Source: Eledone cirrhosa
Lineage: Eukaryota
Direction of reading: 5' to 3'
DNA length: 64,000 nucleotides
Assembly: GCA_964016885.1 (NCBI GenBank)
Contig: OZ024743.1
Coordinates: forward strand, 361,398,001-361,462,000
Under the pieces are notes generated by a model. That model had not been told where the DNA came from. It did no database searches and worked only from the letters and a program-made list of their open reading frames with translations. Numbering within the stretch: position 1 is the first letter of the stretch; each line of letters starts with the position of its first letter. Below are positions 1 to 13,802 of the stretch, in pieces. Made by a program: the position numbers and the translations under genes.

Positions 1-1174
1 AGGGAAATCAAGTCGGTTCCTGTCAGTCAGTTGGAACTGGTTGATCAGGTACTCGAGGCTTTGCACACCCACCTCCCATTCGTGACCGACTAAAAGATTC
101 AATGATCTGAGAGTCATCAAAACGTCCATACTTAGAGATCTGAGGTAGTTGAGCAGGCGACCCTGCTTCCAGGAGGACCCCAGGCCACGCACGTTTACAC
201 ATCCTACTCTTAGGATTCTCCCGTTGGCAGGCTGAAAGAAAGAGAGAGAGAGGGGGGAAATGTACTTACTTCTCTGGGTTTTGCCGAGGTCGGGTGGTAC
301 AACCTCTATGGTTGGTTGTGTTTCCTTGGGGAACACCATTAAAAGTCTAGATGTGGGTTTCACGTTCGTGGTTCACACGTCTCGAGGAGAGCTCTTTCTT
401 ATTTCTTTGTAGGCACCGACCGACATGCGTATCGAAAGATCGTCCTGTAGGCGAAATGTGCTGGTGCCGAATATATCCCCCTCCATTTTTATATCTTTCC
501 TTCGTGCTATCAGCAGCATCAATTCCTCGTTGGCCCTTCTTAATAACACGAAGTTGTGTGTTTGTGTATTTTGTTATGTTCTTGGTATGGTTGATTGCGT
601 TCGTGGGATTTGGGTGGTGATGGTTTTGTTTGTGTTGTTTTGGGTGTGTCTGTGTTTGTTGTGGGTGCGTTGTCTTCGATTTCAGTTGTCTGTGTGTTTT
701 TTTCCTTGTGTCTGCTTTAGTTGTTTGCGTTTGGGGGATTATGGTGATGGTGGTGTTGGTGTTGATGGGGAAGTGTTTTAGTGGGCGTTGTTTGCATTTT
801 CTGTTGTGCTTTTTTTCTTTGTGCATCTTCTTTTTGTTTTTTGGCTGGGTTTGGTATTCCCTTGTCTTCACTAGTGGAAGACGAGGGGTCTGTGGCTGTA
901 AGTGTGTTTGTGTCTCTGTGTGGGTTTGTGTTTTTGTCCATGTGTATATTTTTGGTAGGAGGGTAAATGGGAGAGCCTTCTTCGTTTCCACCCCTGGGTG
1001 GGCGAATTTGGTGGTGACGTTTCCGCTGTTGCTGCTGTTATTGCCCGTGCTGGTTCTAGTGTTGGTGGTGGTTCTCGCCCCAGCGTCGGCAGCAGTGACG
1101 ACCTCTGTCCCTTTGCATTTTTCAATAGTTGAGGGCACAGGAATGGAATTTGGCATACAAATGTGAGGTTCCAC
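1..1174 (-). mobile_element. L1/Tx1-like LINE fragment: low-complexity ORF1 3' part (347-1174), then the start of the ORF2 APE endonuclease running off the window
   Basis: Minus strand from about 215 translates LRVGCVNVRGLGSSWKQGRLLNYLRSLSMDV, which matches the NVRGL start motif of APE endonucleases. It lies just downstream of a 275-aa T/K/Q-rich ORF. Confidence 0.55.
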
Positions 1175-1204
1175 TACTAAAGTGTGGTAGGATTAATACG
1201 ATGG

Positions 1205-1955
1205 AAGAAATTCGATTACCACATGGACAAGTTATGAAGGAAATTGATAAAAACGGCATTCTGGAAAAAAAAAACAAATTAAAGAGAAGTAAATGAAAGA
1301 TCGATATCTATTATCAAAGGAATATATACGAAGACTGAATTTGGTGTTAAAGACAAAGTTATGTGGTAGGAATATGATTCTGGCTATCAACACATGGGTT
1401 GTTGCAGTGCTAAGGTATATTGCTGGTGTGATAGTGTGGAGATATGCTGAACTTAAGGAGCTTGATAGAATAACCATGAAGATGATGACACTACAATGGG
1501 TTCTGTACCTGAAAAGAAGCGTAGGCAGATAGATATCTACCACGACAGAGAAGAGGGGGAGGTCTAATTAGCTGTGGAATATGTGTGAAGAAATTAATCT
1601 GGCATGGTATGTAAATAATTCAAAGAAGAGATTGATGACAGGAGTAAGAAAGATAAAGGTCCTAAATAGATATGAAGCAAAGGAAAAGGGAGAATCTAAA
1701 TCAGACAGACACAATGACACATTGAATTGATGGAATAAAGAATTATGTCTAGTCAATTCCTACGTGAAATGCCTTGGCAGTTGACAAAGATAGGAACTGA
1801 GAATGGACTAGGAAAATTGACTTAAAATTTGAAACTCATGCCCTTATTTTTGCAGCCCAGGAACAGGCACCGAGAACAAAGTATATCAAGTTCAATATTG
1901 AAAAGTCAGTGAGTCTCCCACTTTGTAGGCTGTGTGGTGAGGAAGGTGAGAAAAC
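1205..1955 (+). mobile_element. Degenerate R4/Dong-like (RLE-type) non-LTR retrotransposon fragment, RT thumb to CCHC region
   Basis: EYIRRLNLVLKTKLCGRNMILAINTWVVAVLRYIAGVIVW, a frameshifted RxYLPR..GGGL segment, then ETHALIFAAQEQAPRTKYIK and PLCRLCGEEGE. Confidence 0.75.
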
Positions 1956-1999
1956 GTAACTTTGACCAATTTCTCTATTATAGTAAAATATTCATTAGC

Positions 2000-3780
2000 T
2001 AAAATTAGCTAAAAAATATCCATAAGATCTGAGTGACATGTGTTGATAATAGACGTCCAATTACATTCTCCAATTTTATGGTTGAAAAGATTAAACTTTT
2101 CCTCTGTGAATATCTTCCTTTTAAGCATTCATGTCTTGGATACATTTTTAGGGATGCACAGAATGTCCACAATTACTAAGAAGATTGCATAATGATCACG
2201 GAATTTTGCATGTACCGTGTCAGATTTAGCATCCTGATAACTTAAATTATTAAAGAATATGTTGTCAATGCAAGTGTTTTCTGTGGTTTTTACACGGTTT
2301 GCATTAGTAACGAAGGCATAAAATAACTTTGACGCATTCCTTTTCGTCTTTCTAGCCTTTAGACGCGTTTCATACGCAAATACGTTGAGCTTAATATCAA
2401 GAGAAATAAATATTTGCTTCTGCAGTTATATTTTTGTTAAAATCTTTCATTTTCCCTTTGGGTGGTTGATATTCTTTTCCAAGTAACATTTTTTTCTTTT
2501 TGGGTCTTATTAGTTAAATGAATTGAGCTGCAAGGTCTTCATTGCAACTTTATGGTTCTTCTTTTCATAGCCGTCTAAATACTTCATTAAATACGCACAG
2601 AGTTCCACATCTCTCATACAGAATCCTCGAGGTACATGAATTCTGTTTATAATCAGGTTATTCATATTCTGAATCTAAATTTTCTTTTTCCTCATTCAGC
2701 CATGTTTCCTGAAGAATTTTCAACTCATCAACATTTTTGACAAAGGTCTTATGTTAAAACTTATAATTGACAGTGAAGTTTCAAATTTAAATGTGCATGA
2801 GATCTCATTAAATGGAGTGTCATAAAACGGAGAATCAACGACCCTTTCTAAACGTCAAGAATTCACGAAATTATCAGGAACTATTTCATCATGCAAGAGG
2901 AAATTATTGTTATTTCTAAAAATATTTAAAAACTCGGAACCATATTGTTTGTCAGATATATCAGTGCTATTCATTCAGATTTTTTAGGGAAATTCTAAAA
3001 CATGTTTATTGAGTCCATTAGGAGGTAAAAAGCTCACTTATTCCTTTCGTCAGATGTTTGCTTTTCGTTCAACATTTTCTTTATTATTTGGTTCTTTTAT
3101 CAAGTTCATATAAGAAACATGGACATAAAGTGTATTTATATTTCGTTCTTTCGTTTTAACGAATAACTTTCTCTTAATATCAACATTCTTTTTCGAGAAA
3201 TCCTCGTTTAAATTGATTCCATATTCCCACAATTTCAGGTATGTGATCAGTTCGAAGACTGATTTACGGAATCGAGGAACTTAGATACGATCATTTGCTT
3301 TTTACCGGCGTATTTTTCCACATACCGTGACCCCTCTCAAATTTTATTCCTGTATGTAGCCGCAATGTCTTTTAGAAAAAATCTCTCTTACTTGCTTTAG
3401 GACTCCACCCAAGTTTCATCGACATCCCTTTAGCTGCAGCCACAGAAACGGAGGTTATTTCGTCACAAACCATCCTCCAACTTCGAATGTCTTGTCTGCT
3501 GTTTCTCACATTTTTCCAATGCTCGTCTCTTTGTTTTGAAAAATCTTTCACATATTCATCAAAGGCGGCGCTATGCATCTGCGTTTTCTTTTAAATCCTT
3601 TAACTCAAGTTTCCTGCCTCAATGTATAGATCTTTGTCTCTAACCTATTTAGGGTTATGGTGACGAATTCCATAGCCACCGCTTTGTTTAATTCCATGTA
3701 TGTTTCTGCTGGCCCTGTCTGAATTGTTTAGCCATGCTAACGCCAATTATATCTTTTCTTGCGAAAGTAAATCCAGCAAT
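2000..3780 (-). mobile_element. Heavily decayed LINE-like sequence (possible ORF1/ORF2 remnants)
   Basis: Short ORF 3050-3232 contains INLNEDFSKK, resembling the C-terminus of L1-type/CR1 ORF1. No long intact frame is present. Confidence 0.3.
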
Positions 3781-5448
3781 AGCTGTAAGGTGTAATTTAA
3801 TGATATCAGTTAATTTTACTAAAAACGTAAACGTTCAATTACATGAATTATCTGAGTAGTTTCAGGTCGTGCGGGATATTATTATTATTAAGTTGACATT
3901 AAAAAAATAGAAATGTCTTTACTGTTTGGGAAATAAGTACTACATCGTAAATACAGTAACAAAAAATGGTGGGTAACAAAACATTGAAATGGGAGAAACT
4001 GTTAAATTAAAACATTTGCTGTTCTCTGAATCATCTCAGCTCCACAATGTAGATAACAGAAGTTATGAAGAACTATATTAATTCAGGACGATCTAGCACA
4101 CCCTCCAATCAAACTACATTGTAATACAAATCCTTAGATGAGTACAGATGTAATTCGATATTGGCTGCTGTAGCTGTAAGGTGTAATTTAGTGATATCAA
4201 CGTTATATCAGTTAATTTTAATAAAAATGAAAACGTTCAATACTCGTATCATAATTCTCAGAGCATTCAGATTATTAAGGATGGATGTGAATATTTGTTT
4301 TGTTGCTATTCATGACTTTTCTTCAATTATTAAGAGAGTTCTCACGTGATCTAATCCCATCCAATGCACATTCATTAAAAATATGCGACAGCTTGCGTAA
4401 GATAATTTCAGTAAACGTCATTATAGCAAACGAAAGAAGATATGGAATTTTTCAGGAATATATATATGTTAAGGAAGTTATGACAGGTAAATATATATGT
4501 TAAGGAAATTATGACAGGTAAATAATTAATAAACAATTAAACTGCTATTCATTTTTCTATTGTTGTATTGTATATAGTATAAAATGTAAATGTATGTAAA
4601 TGTGTCTATATTTATGGTAATGAAGAGTGTATTAATTTCTTTATTCAAAACTTGTAGCCGTTTGCAAATTATTAAAATGCTCACATTCTTTTACAATCCA
4701 ACAATTACTGATGACAATGCTTCACACTTTATAATCAAATTATATCGCTTTATCCTACAGTAACGATGAAATTTAAGTTGACAACAATGACATTAAAGCG
4801 GAATTGAAATTGTCGATAACCAGGTTGAGACTGACGATAATGAGATTAAGTTTGACGTTGATAACGAATTTTAGGTGAGAATCCAGAATATACATACGCA
4901 CATATAAGTTCAGTATAATTTCTTTTGGTAAAAACAGGAGTACATATGAGAAAGCTCTCTACATTTGTAGTGTGAAGTAACGTTGGATAATCAGTATAAG
5001 ACTAACATTAAGAAAGATGCTGATGTTACATAAATCGTTTATTCATTATAATTATTCCAACGGTTCCTTAATGTAATCCACGATGTAACGTATGCATTTG
5101 TTGATGGTGTAGGAACGGTTTCTTCAGATGAAAATCCGATTATGAGATATGCTACAGACAAAAAGAAACACGTCCTTCGTCTTGTGTACCGAGCCCACAG
5201 TGATAATTATCCCTCCCGATAATGTTTCACGGCCCTAGTGCACCTTCGTTGCATTACAGCTACATTCCAATCGGCGAAACTGTTGGCGGGAGATTGGAGA
5301 AAATATTAGGTTTTTATCTATTTTCACTTCACATTTATAATTAATAGATACCTATGATTAGCGAGACACCACACACACACCCACACACACACACACACAC
5401 ACATACACACACACACACACACACACATACACACACACACACACACAC

Positions 5449-5490
<42 letters not shown>

Positions 5491-5495
<5 letters not shown>

Positions 5496-6135
5496 AAAGA
5501 ATAGAGGTGTAACACACAAGTTATTATATATTGGTAAACGGAATAGAAAATGCTGACAAATTGTTCACAGTTGAAAAATGGTTTAATTAGGAATAAAAGA
5601 GTATTAGTGATTGTATGGGTTAGTATTCAGTTGTGGTTTTAAGTTTTTAAGTTTTTACCGGTTGCGCATTTCTAAATGCTTTTCAAAAATAATTTTGAGA
5701 TAGAGTGTCCGTGCTGTTTGCTCTGATCTGATTAGTTTTGGGAATTCTACCTGTTTTTATGTTAAAAAAGTGGCTCCAGCGTTACTTTGGTGTTGCAAAA
5801 TTCTTGTGGTCAAAACAATTTTGATTGATCGGTAGAGCTCATGTGAATGTAAAAAATTGATTTTGCGCCAAGACTGTTTTTATGTTAAAAAAGTGGCTCC
5901 AGCGCTACTTGGTGTTTGCAAAAATTCTTGTGGTCAAAACAATTTTGATTGGTCGGTAGAGGTCATGTGAATAAAAAATTGGTTTTGCGCCAAGATTGAG
6001 AAATGACTCTTTCACAACAAATATGTTTGTGCGTATGTGTGTGTGTGTGTGTGTAGTAGTAGTAGTAGTAAGGTGTTCGATGTTGTGATAATGGTTAGCA
6101 GGGATGTGTGTCAAATGGCTATTAAGATAAGTGTG

Positions 6136-6173
<38 letters not shown>

Positions 6174-6597
6174 GCAGAGTAATTCGTGGTAGCAGGGATG
6201 GTCAGTAAGAATGTGTCTGAAAGCAATGGGGGGTATTTTAGCATGTCAAAAGATATTTTTCAGCTTTTGTCCTATACGGAGAAGTCCGTGTGTGTGTGTG
6301 TGTGTGTGTATAAGTCTCTTTGTATGTTAATGTACGCGTGTGTATGTGTGTGTGTATATATATATGTGTGTGTGTGTGTGTGTGGGTGTGGGTGGACCAG
6401 TATTTGTTTCCCCCTGGTAAAATGGTGTACATTATTCGATTTTTTCAGTAAAATCGGTTCTCTTAATAGAACATCAAAAATCTTAACAATAAAAGGTGTG
6501 AAATGATATTCACTATATACATATACACATACATATATTCACCATATATACATATACATATACATACATATATATATATATGTATATATATATACAT

Positions 6598-6669
<72 letters not shown>

Positions 6670-6831
6670 ATATACACATATATTTTTTTGTGTTGCACCA
6701 TAGAGCATGTGTGTTTACGTATGTCATTGTGTTTATATGATGTTCTATTAAGAGAACCGATTTTACTGAAAAAATCGAATAATGTACACCATTTTACCAG
6801 GGGGAAAAAAATACTGGTCCACCCAGACACT

Positions 6832-6863
<32 letters not shown>

Positions 6864-7036
6864 TACACACGCGTACATTAACATACAAAGAGACTTATAC
6901 ACACACACACACACACACACACGCACTTCTCCGTATAAGACAAAAGCTGAAAAATATCTTTTGACATGCTAAAATACCCCCCATTGCTTTCAGACACATT
7001 CTTACTGACCATCCCTGCTACCACGAATTACTCTGC

Positions 7037-7073
<37 letters not shown>

Positions 7074-7151
7074 ATCTTAATAGCCATTTGACACACATCC
7101 CTTATGCTAACCATTATCACAACATCGAACACCTTACTACTACTACTACTA

Positions 7152-7223
<72 letters not shown>

Positions 7224-7710
7224 TTGTTGTGAAAGAGTCATTTCTCAATCTTGGTGCAAAACCAATTTTTTATTCACATGACCTCTACCGACCAATCAAA
7301 ATTGTTTTGACCAAAAGAATTTTTGCAAACACCAAGTAGCGCTGGAGCCACTTTTTTAACATAAAAACAGTCTTGGCGCAAAATCAATTTTTTACATTCA
7401 CATGACCTCTACCGACCAATCAAAATTGTTTTGACCACAAGAATTTTTGCAACACCAAAGTAACGCTGGAGCCACTTTTTTAACATAAAAACAAGTAGAA
7501 TTCCCAAAACTAATCAGATCAGAGCAAACAGCACGGACACTCTATCTCAAAATTATTTTTGAAAAGCATTTAGAAATGCGCAACCGATAAAAACTTAAAA
7601 ACTTAAAACCACAACTGAATACTAACCCATACAATCACTAATACTCTTTTATTCCTAATTAAACCATTTTTCAACTGTGAACAATTTGTCAGCATTTTCT
7701 ATTCCGTTTA

Positions 7711-7716
<6 letters not shown>
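5491..7716. repeat. About 950-bp inverted repeat (arms ~5532-6476 and ~6739-7716) of a PLE pseudo-LTR-like sequence, with a (TA)n-rich spacer
   Basis: The arms are near-perfect reverse complements. Each has an internal ~123-bp tandem duplication and an HHR-like motif. Only the left arm has the extra tail 5491-5531. A third partial copy is at 45130-45620. Confidence 0.9.
7555..7592 (+). ncRNA. Variant minimal hammerhead-like motif (U3-A8 core, GCAA in place of GAAA); other copies at 5652-5690(-) and 45457-45495(+)
   Basis: TTGAAAA, stem II GCATTT-AG-AAATGC, GCAA, CCGG (CCGA in this copy), TA, with a short T/A stem I. Confidence 0.5.
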
Positions 7717-7756
<40 letters not shown>

Positions 7757-7879
7757 AAAACATCACAAGCATACCACACAAAATTTGCAAATTTAAATAC
7801 CAACGGCTCAAAGTCCCACAGTGGCAAGACAAATAATAATACTGCAAATAAGAAAACACCAAGGTCCCGTACAAAATCA

Positions 7880-8680
7880 GACCTATGGTATAATCCCCCG
7901 CACAATGAGTTGGTATCTACTAAGCTATCCTATCTAATCTTCGCACTCATAGAAGAACACTTTCCTCCTACACAAAAATTCCATAGAATACTAAATGAGA
8001 CAAGATCTGACTATTCCATTCCACCACAGCTAACATGGGCAATTCCATCATGAAATTGAATAACAAACATCTCCGCAGTTATGGTAATACCAACAACCAA
8101 TGGAAACCCGGACGTAATCTTTAACCTCAGCAACATCCGCAGCGTTCAACACTGAACAGACAGGCACCCGCAAATACCAACGTCTCTTCCAGTTATGTGC
8201 ATATCCGGAGCAACAACAAAATACCCGGAATAACACCCCCAACACAGGAACCAGGGAAGAAACCTCACATTATACACGCATGAACTGCAACTGCAGAAAT
8301 TCCAGCAATTTCCCTCTATCATTTAAATGCTTGTACTAAAATATTATTTATCAATGTGTGGTAAAATCTAAACTGGGGATATATAAAAATGTGGGTTCCA
8401 CTTCGAATATTTTCAAGAAAAGATGGTATGTGCGCACCCACACATTTAATAACCCCAGTTTAGCAAGATCTACGGCCCTAGCGAAAAGAATCTGGGATGT
8501 GAAACGCGCTAATATTGATTTCACACTGCAATGGTCCGTGCTAAAACTCGCCCGTCCATAACGGAAAGAAAGACAACCCCGTGAACTATGTTTGGCGGAG
8601 GTAATTGAAACTGCGACCGGAACGGACCTTCTGAATTCCCGGCACGATATGATATTTACAAACACAAGGTTCTAAAACCT
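7880..8680 (+). mobile_element. Decayed Penelope-like element 3' coding part (linker plus GIY-YIG endonuclease)
   Basis: WYNPPHN, CNCRNSSNFPL, VGSTSNIFKKRWY..HTF, STAL..WDVK..LQWSVL. Homologous to the ORF at 42841-43910. Confidence 0.8.
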
Positions 8681-9271
8681 TCACTAAATACAAACTGGAC
8701 TAGATTCGATCCCTAATACCTAGGTTTTACTACATCTATTTTGTACATTTGCTGTGGCATTTGAACTTTTCACACCCAGTGGATTCAGTAATATTCGTAA
8801 CAATCCCATTTTCTTAATTCCTTTCCTCCTTACCCACTCCGGCCTACTCTTAATCACTACCCTGTGTTTTTCTGTCCCTCCCTCAGGTAAACATCACCAT
8901 CACCTATACCAATGGTCAAAGAATAATTCTTCCACATCGCATCACACAGATTGATAGTGTGACACACTTTACCCCCACTCTCTCTCTGCTCTCATCTATC
9001 ACACTAACTAATTGTATTTCATTCTATTTTTAACTTATTCTTAAACGAAAATCCCATTACTGAATTCTACCACATAGTGAATAGTTGATTTCCACTACTA
9101 TAGGTTTTCTGATGAAGTGCAATAAATAATTAAGTGTTGCATATGATTAAACAATATATATTGTAGTCAGCATATGTAGATAATTTACAATAGACACAGA
9201 TACATATGTCAAAGGAAATAAATTCATAATTTCTTCATACCGACGTTTTATTTTTCTTGGTGCAATACATG

Positions 9272-9387
<116 letters not shown>

Positions 9388-9451
9388 TGTGTGTGAGTGT
9401 GTGTGTGTGCGTGTGTGTGTGCGTATGTGTGTGTGCGTGCGTGTGTGTGTA

Positions 9452-9485
<34 letters not shown>

Positions 9486-9486
9486 G

Positions 9487-9527
<41 letters not shown>

Positions 9528-9581
9528 TATATATATATATATATACTATATATATATATATACTATATATATATATATATA

Positions 9582-9615
<34 letters not shown>

Positions 9616-9621
<6 letters not shown>

Positions 9622-9765
9622 ACTAGAAATTGATTAACATATAAATAAACATGAATAATCACAGGAGATAATTTTTACAAGCGTGTAAACATTTTACACT
9701 TGTAAAAATTATCTCCTGTGATTATTCATGTTTATTTATATGTTAATCAATTTCTAGTTATTATA
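9616..9765. repeat. About 70-bp-arm fold-back hairpin abutting (TA)n
   Basis: aactagaaattgattaac...tttttacaag pairs with cttgtaaaaa...gttaatcaatttctagtt. Confidence 0.9.
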
Positions 9766-9989
9766 AAATGCTCGGACCTACTCGTTAGAATCTTAGAGCT
9801 TATTTTGCGTGTGATATGGCGCATGCCTTTCTGGCATGACACCCATAATTTTGATTTAGGTTAAATTCATTTGATTTATCTTAATTTTGGATATATATTA
9901 ACTGGTTTTACAGTTAATATGGGGGCTTAGTTTACAGATTATGCATTTCTTATCTATACATTCTTATATATATACATACATATACATAT

Positions 9990-10190
9990 GAAGGCGTGTA
10001 GCTGAGTGGTTAGAGAATTAGATTCGCAATCGTGAGGTTGTGAGTTCGAGTCCTGGACCGGGCGATGCGTCATATCCTTTATTTCATATTGCTCCTTCTA
10101 CCTGAAGTTGCGACCGATAGATAGTAGCAATTGGAAAGACCAACGGAAACATTGTTTCCTTGGACCGATTTGACGAAAGTCGATCGACTG
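9990..10190 (+). mobile_element. tRNA-derived SINE
   Basis: A box TAGCTGAGTGG and B box GTTCGAGTCC at tRNA-like spacing, followed by a non-tRNA body. Confidence 0.7.
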
Positions 10191-10599
10191 TCTATATATA
10201 TATATATATATAGGGGGGGGTGTAATTTTATTTAACAATGATAACAAAGGAAACTTATATATATATAAAAGAAAGATGCTTATTGGCTGGTTGAATCACA
10301 AGTAAACCACACATACAAACACATTCATACATACACACACATCTAAAGAGTGAGAGACACACAGAGGGAGAGGCAGAAAGAGAGAGATAGGCGGTTATAC
10401 AGAGAGAGATACAATTAAAGTGTTAGATATTCAGAGATAGAGGGAGAGAGAGAAAGTAATGTCCCACGAAAGTGAAGAAACGGCTTAAACTACAGATCCT
10501 TTGATCTATCGGAAGGTTTAACAATATTGCGTTAGCTTTTATAAAGTCGTTTTACAATCTTTGATTTTACAGAACAAAGAAAAATTGATACTATTTGAA

Positions 10600-10808
10600 A
10601 TTAATCTACTCTCCAGCTTTTATCCATATACTACTTACAGACCGTACTAACGAAGCAATACTTCAGAAGCAATGTTATGCGGCATATTGGTGTGATTCAG
10701 ATGACGTCTGAAAAAGATCATACTGACTTTGGTTATTTCACAACATTTAAAATCCAAGGCCAATGCTACCATTTAACCGGTAGTTTACTCCCCCAGCCTA
10801 ATAAGGAA
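10600..10808 (+). mobile_element. Helitron RepHel N-terminal fragment
   Basis: Translates IQMTS...TFKIQGQCYHLTGSLLPQPN, matching the FQMTS...FKxQGQxYHxxGSLLP motif of Helitron proteins. Confidence 0.7.
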
Positions 10809-11249
10809 GTGTTATGATTGTTTTTGTTTATGTCTTCTCAGACACACTCACACACATTACGGTGTGACCTCATACCAGACAACACATCCAATACAGTCAT
10901 TTTCTCTGTTCTCCTGTGCGAAGTCTGGCACCTCAGCTAGTTTTATATATTTCATTCATTGTATTACGATTGTTTCGGAACGTTGATCATATCGATATAT
11001 TGATTGATCTATTGCAGTTATAGAACCGTATACTATCAGACATAATACATGGCTTCGGTTATACCGACTTCTTCGGAAACAATGATGTTAGAATCTTTAT
11101 TGGTAGTATATAATAATGGTAGGTACAAGAATAGACATACCATACAAATATATATTCCAGATTGTCTACTTTGAGTGGTAAAAATATTGGAAGGAATGTT
11201 CTAGTACCTCGCTCCCACTGTAGAACCTACCACGAAAGATAAATCACAT

Positions 11250-11383
<134 letters not shown>

Positions 11384-13453
11384 TGTGTGTGTAATATATA
11401 TATATATCTGTGTATTTTGCCCCATCTCCTTTATAATCAAGGAAAATAGGCTGGTACTAGCTGCTTTTTCTAGCAAATGTGTAACTCGCCGAAGGTCCAG
11501 CCTATACCTCCCTTCTGTGACTGATATACCACGTGATAATTCTCACTTGCAACGATCTGTGTGTATATATAAATGTGCGTGTGTTTGTGTATTACGTTGG
11601 TATACTTCACATTTCGTTTTACTTAAATAGATGTGAATTGTAAATGCTTGTATTTCTAGTCTATTGACATGTCCTACTGTTCGAGTTTTCGTTTGTCATA
11701 TGTACTTGATTTCAGATTTTATATATGCTGTCCATTTGTCTAAATGACTGATATTTTCTTTATTATCGAGTTTATTTTGGTATTTGAAATGGTTGATGTT
11801 TGAGTACTCTAGCTTTGTTGATATTTTAATTACTAATGTTTGTAGTGTTCACCACACTACAGTTATTTTGTTCAGAGAAAATAATCTGAAACACTACTGG
11901 AAAGGATCGAATGCTAGTAACTCGTAATAGAGATACTAGAGTTTTATTCGTATTCCTTACATTATATGATGTAAACACTATATATACGTCAGTGAAGCCT
12001 ATAAGATTTCAGCAAATGAATTGAAATTGCGTATTAAAACTATCCTTGTTTACTTACTCCATTCATTTCCGCCATGTTAAAATGACAATGCTAGAAGACT
12101 ATGTTTAAGATAACGAAAAGCAATCAGCTCTAACTACAATAATAACATTAAGTTGGGTTTGCAAACATTGGGACAATAATATACGTTTGTAGTGGTTGAG
12201 AGGTAATCATTGAAATAAGTTAATATTTCATTTTGGAAATTATTTCATTTAACTGAAAAGACGACAGGCATACAGAATCGTGGCAAGGTTTCAAGTCAGA
12301 GTGTACTGGAATTATTCTAAACAATGTATAGAATTATATTCTCTATTCCCTGCTGTTTGTTCCATCTGATTTAAATGATCCATTATTCTTGCAATAAGTC
12401 AATATTTTTGAACATTATACAATAGATAAACAGAATCATTAGAGCTTCTTGTGTTTAGTTGCAATTCTTTATGTTTTGATTTGAAATCCAAACTTCAGAA
12501 TTTTCATATTGACATAATAAGTGCCAGTCAAGTAATAGGGTCAATATTTTAAATTATATTTATTATGTATCTCTACTAGTGCTCGTTTTCTTAGCTGGTT
12601 GCTACGGAACAACATGCAATGAGCTGATTTGCATTAAGGATACTGGCCTTTCGATACAGGGATTACGGTGATGATAATCATTTAATAATTTAATCACCAT
12701 GCGCCTTCACAGTGGATTATACCTATCCTCAAATTTTAAGAATTATGCATACATTATAAATAGGTAAATCAATGTTTCAGTAATGTATAGTCATTCGGTT
12801 ATGACAAAGAGAATGGTAACATTTTGGTAGTACATTTTAAAATGTAAGAATTCTCGTTTATTCCTTGAGTGCTGTAACTTTATCTGTTAATTGATTGATT
12901 GGAAACATTTTTAAGTAGCGAAAAATTCTCCCAGTTCGTCTCTCTAAATGTCCATTCAGTTGAAATCTTCTTGTATTAATATGTCGATTTTATTTTTGGT
13001 AGAGGGACATCCTTTTCGTAAATTATTTCAACTTATTCCGATGTAATTTGCTCGATATTGGCAGCATGTTAAAGCATAGACATGATTAGCAGATGAATAT
13101 GTGAAACTGTTTTTAAGCTTAAAAGTTTGTACATCATTGAATCTAAATTCCGATCATTCCAGCGTATATTCACACATTCTGCAATTGGATCCTTCATATT
13201 CTGTTTGAGAATGTTTGCACATGTGAGTATTTTTTTCATATTTCTCGCTTGTCACATCCTTCGCTATTACATTCTTCTGGTCTTATCCGGTTTACTTATC
13301 TTTCTCCGTTTTCGATGTTCTTCACAATTCCCTCTACTCTCAGTTTTTATTTGTCGTCATCTATTACATCATCTGTCTCTCATCTGCTCTCCCTACTCTT
13401 TCTCTTTCTCCTTTTTTCTCTCTCTTACACTCACATTGCTTCCTTTCATCCAC

Positions 13454-13548
<95 letters not shown>

Positions 13549-13802
13549 TACGCTCTCTCTTTTTGTTTCTCTTTCCCTCAACGTCTTTCTTTTGCCTAAC
13601 TGTTTGACAATAAGAAACCGATATAATAAATAATAGATTGAAATATATTGCCCTAATATTATTGACAAATTGTCGAATCATTGAAGCGAGTGAAGGTTCT
13701 AAATAATGTTGTATTGTTTTCATTCATTAGTTTTCTCGAGTGTATAGCTGAATGAATTTAAACTCAGTATTTGTATGTATGTATGTATATATGTATGTAT
13801 GT

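Noticed and set aside
5752-5995. Spaced direct repeats here and at 30640-30840 and 63400-63500 considered as CRISPR arrays
   Set aside because: Eukaryotic repeat context, no unique spacers of constant length and no cas genes.
9108-9160. CTGATGA downstream of the 7.9-kb PLE
   Set aside because: No GAAA, stem III or stem I partner can be found. At best a decayed HHR.
9990-10065. tRNA-like A and B boxes
   Set aside because: No clean cloverleaf and it continues into a SINE body, so it is called a SINE rather than a tRNA.
11640-13120. Unique-looking AT-rich stretch (also 17000-19900 and 38050-39900) considered as host exons
   Set aside because: No recognisable protein motif or supportable splice structure. 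Small exons cannot be excluded without RNA data.
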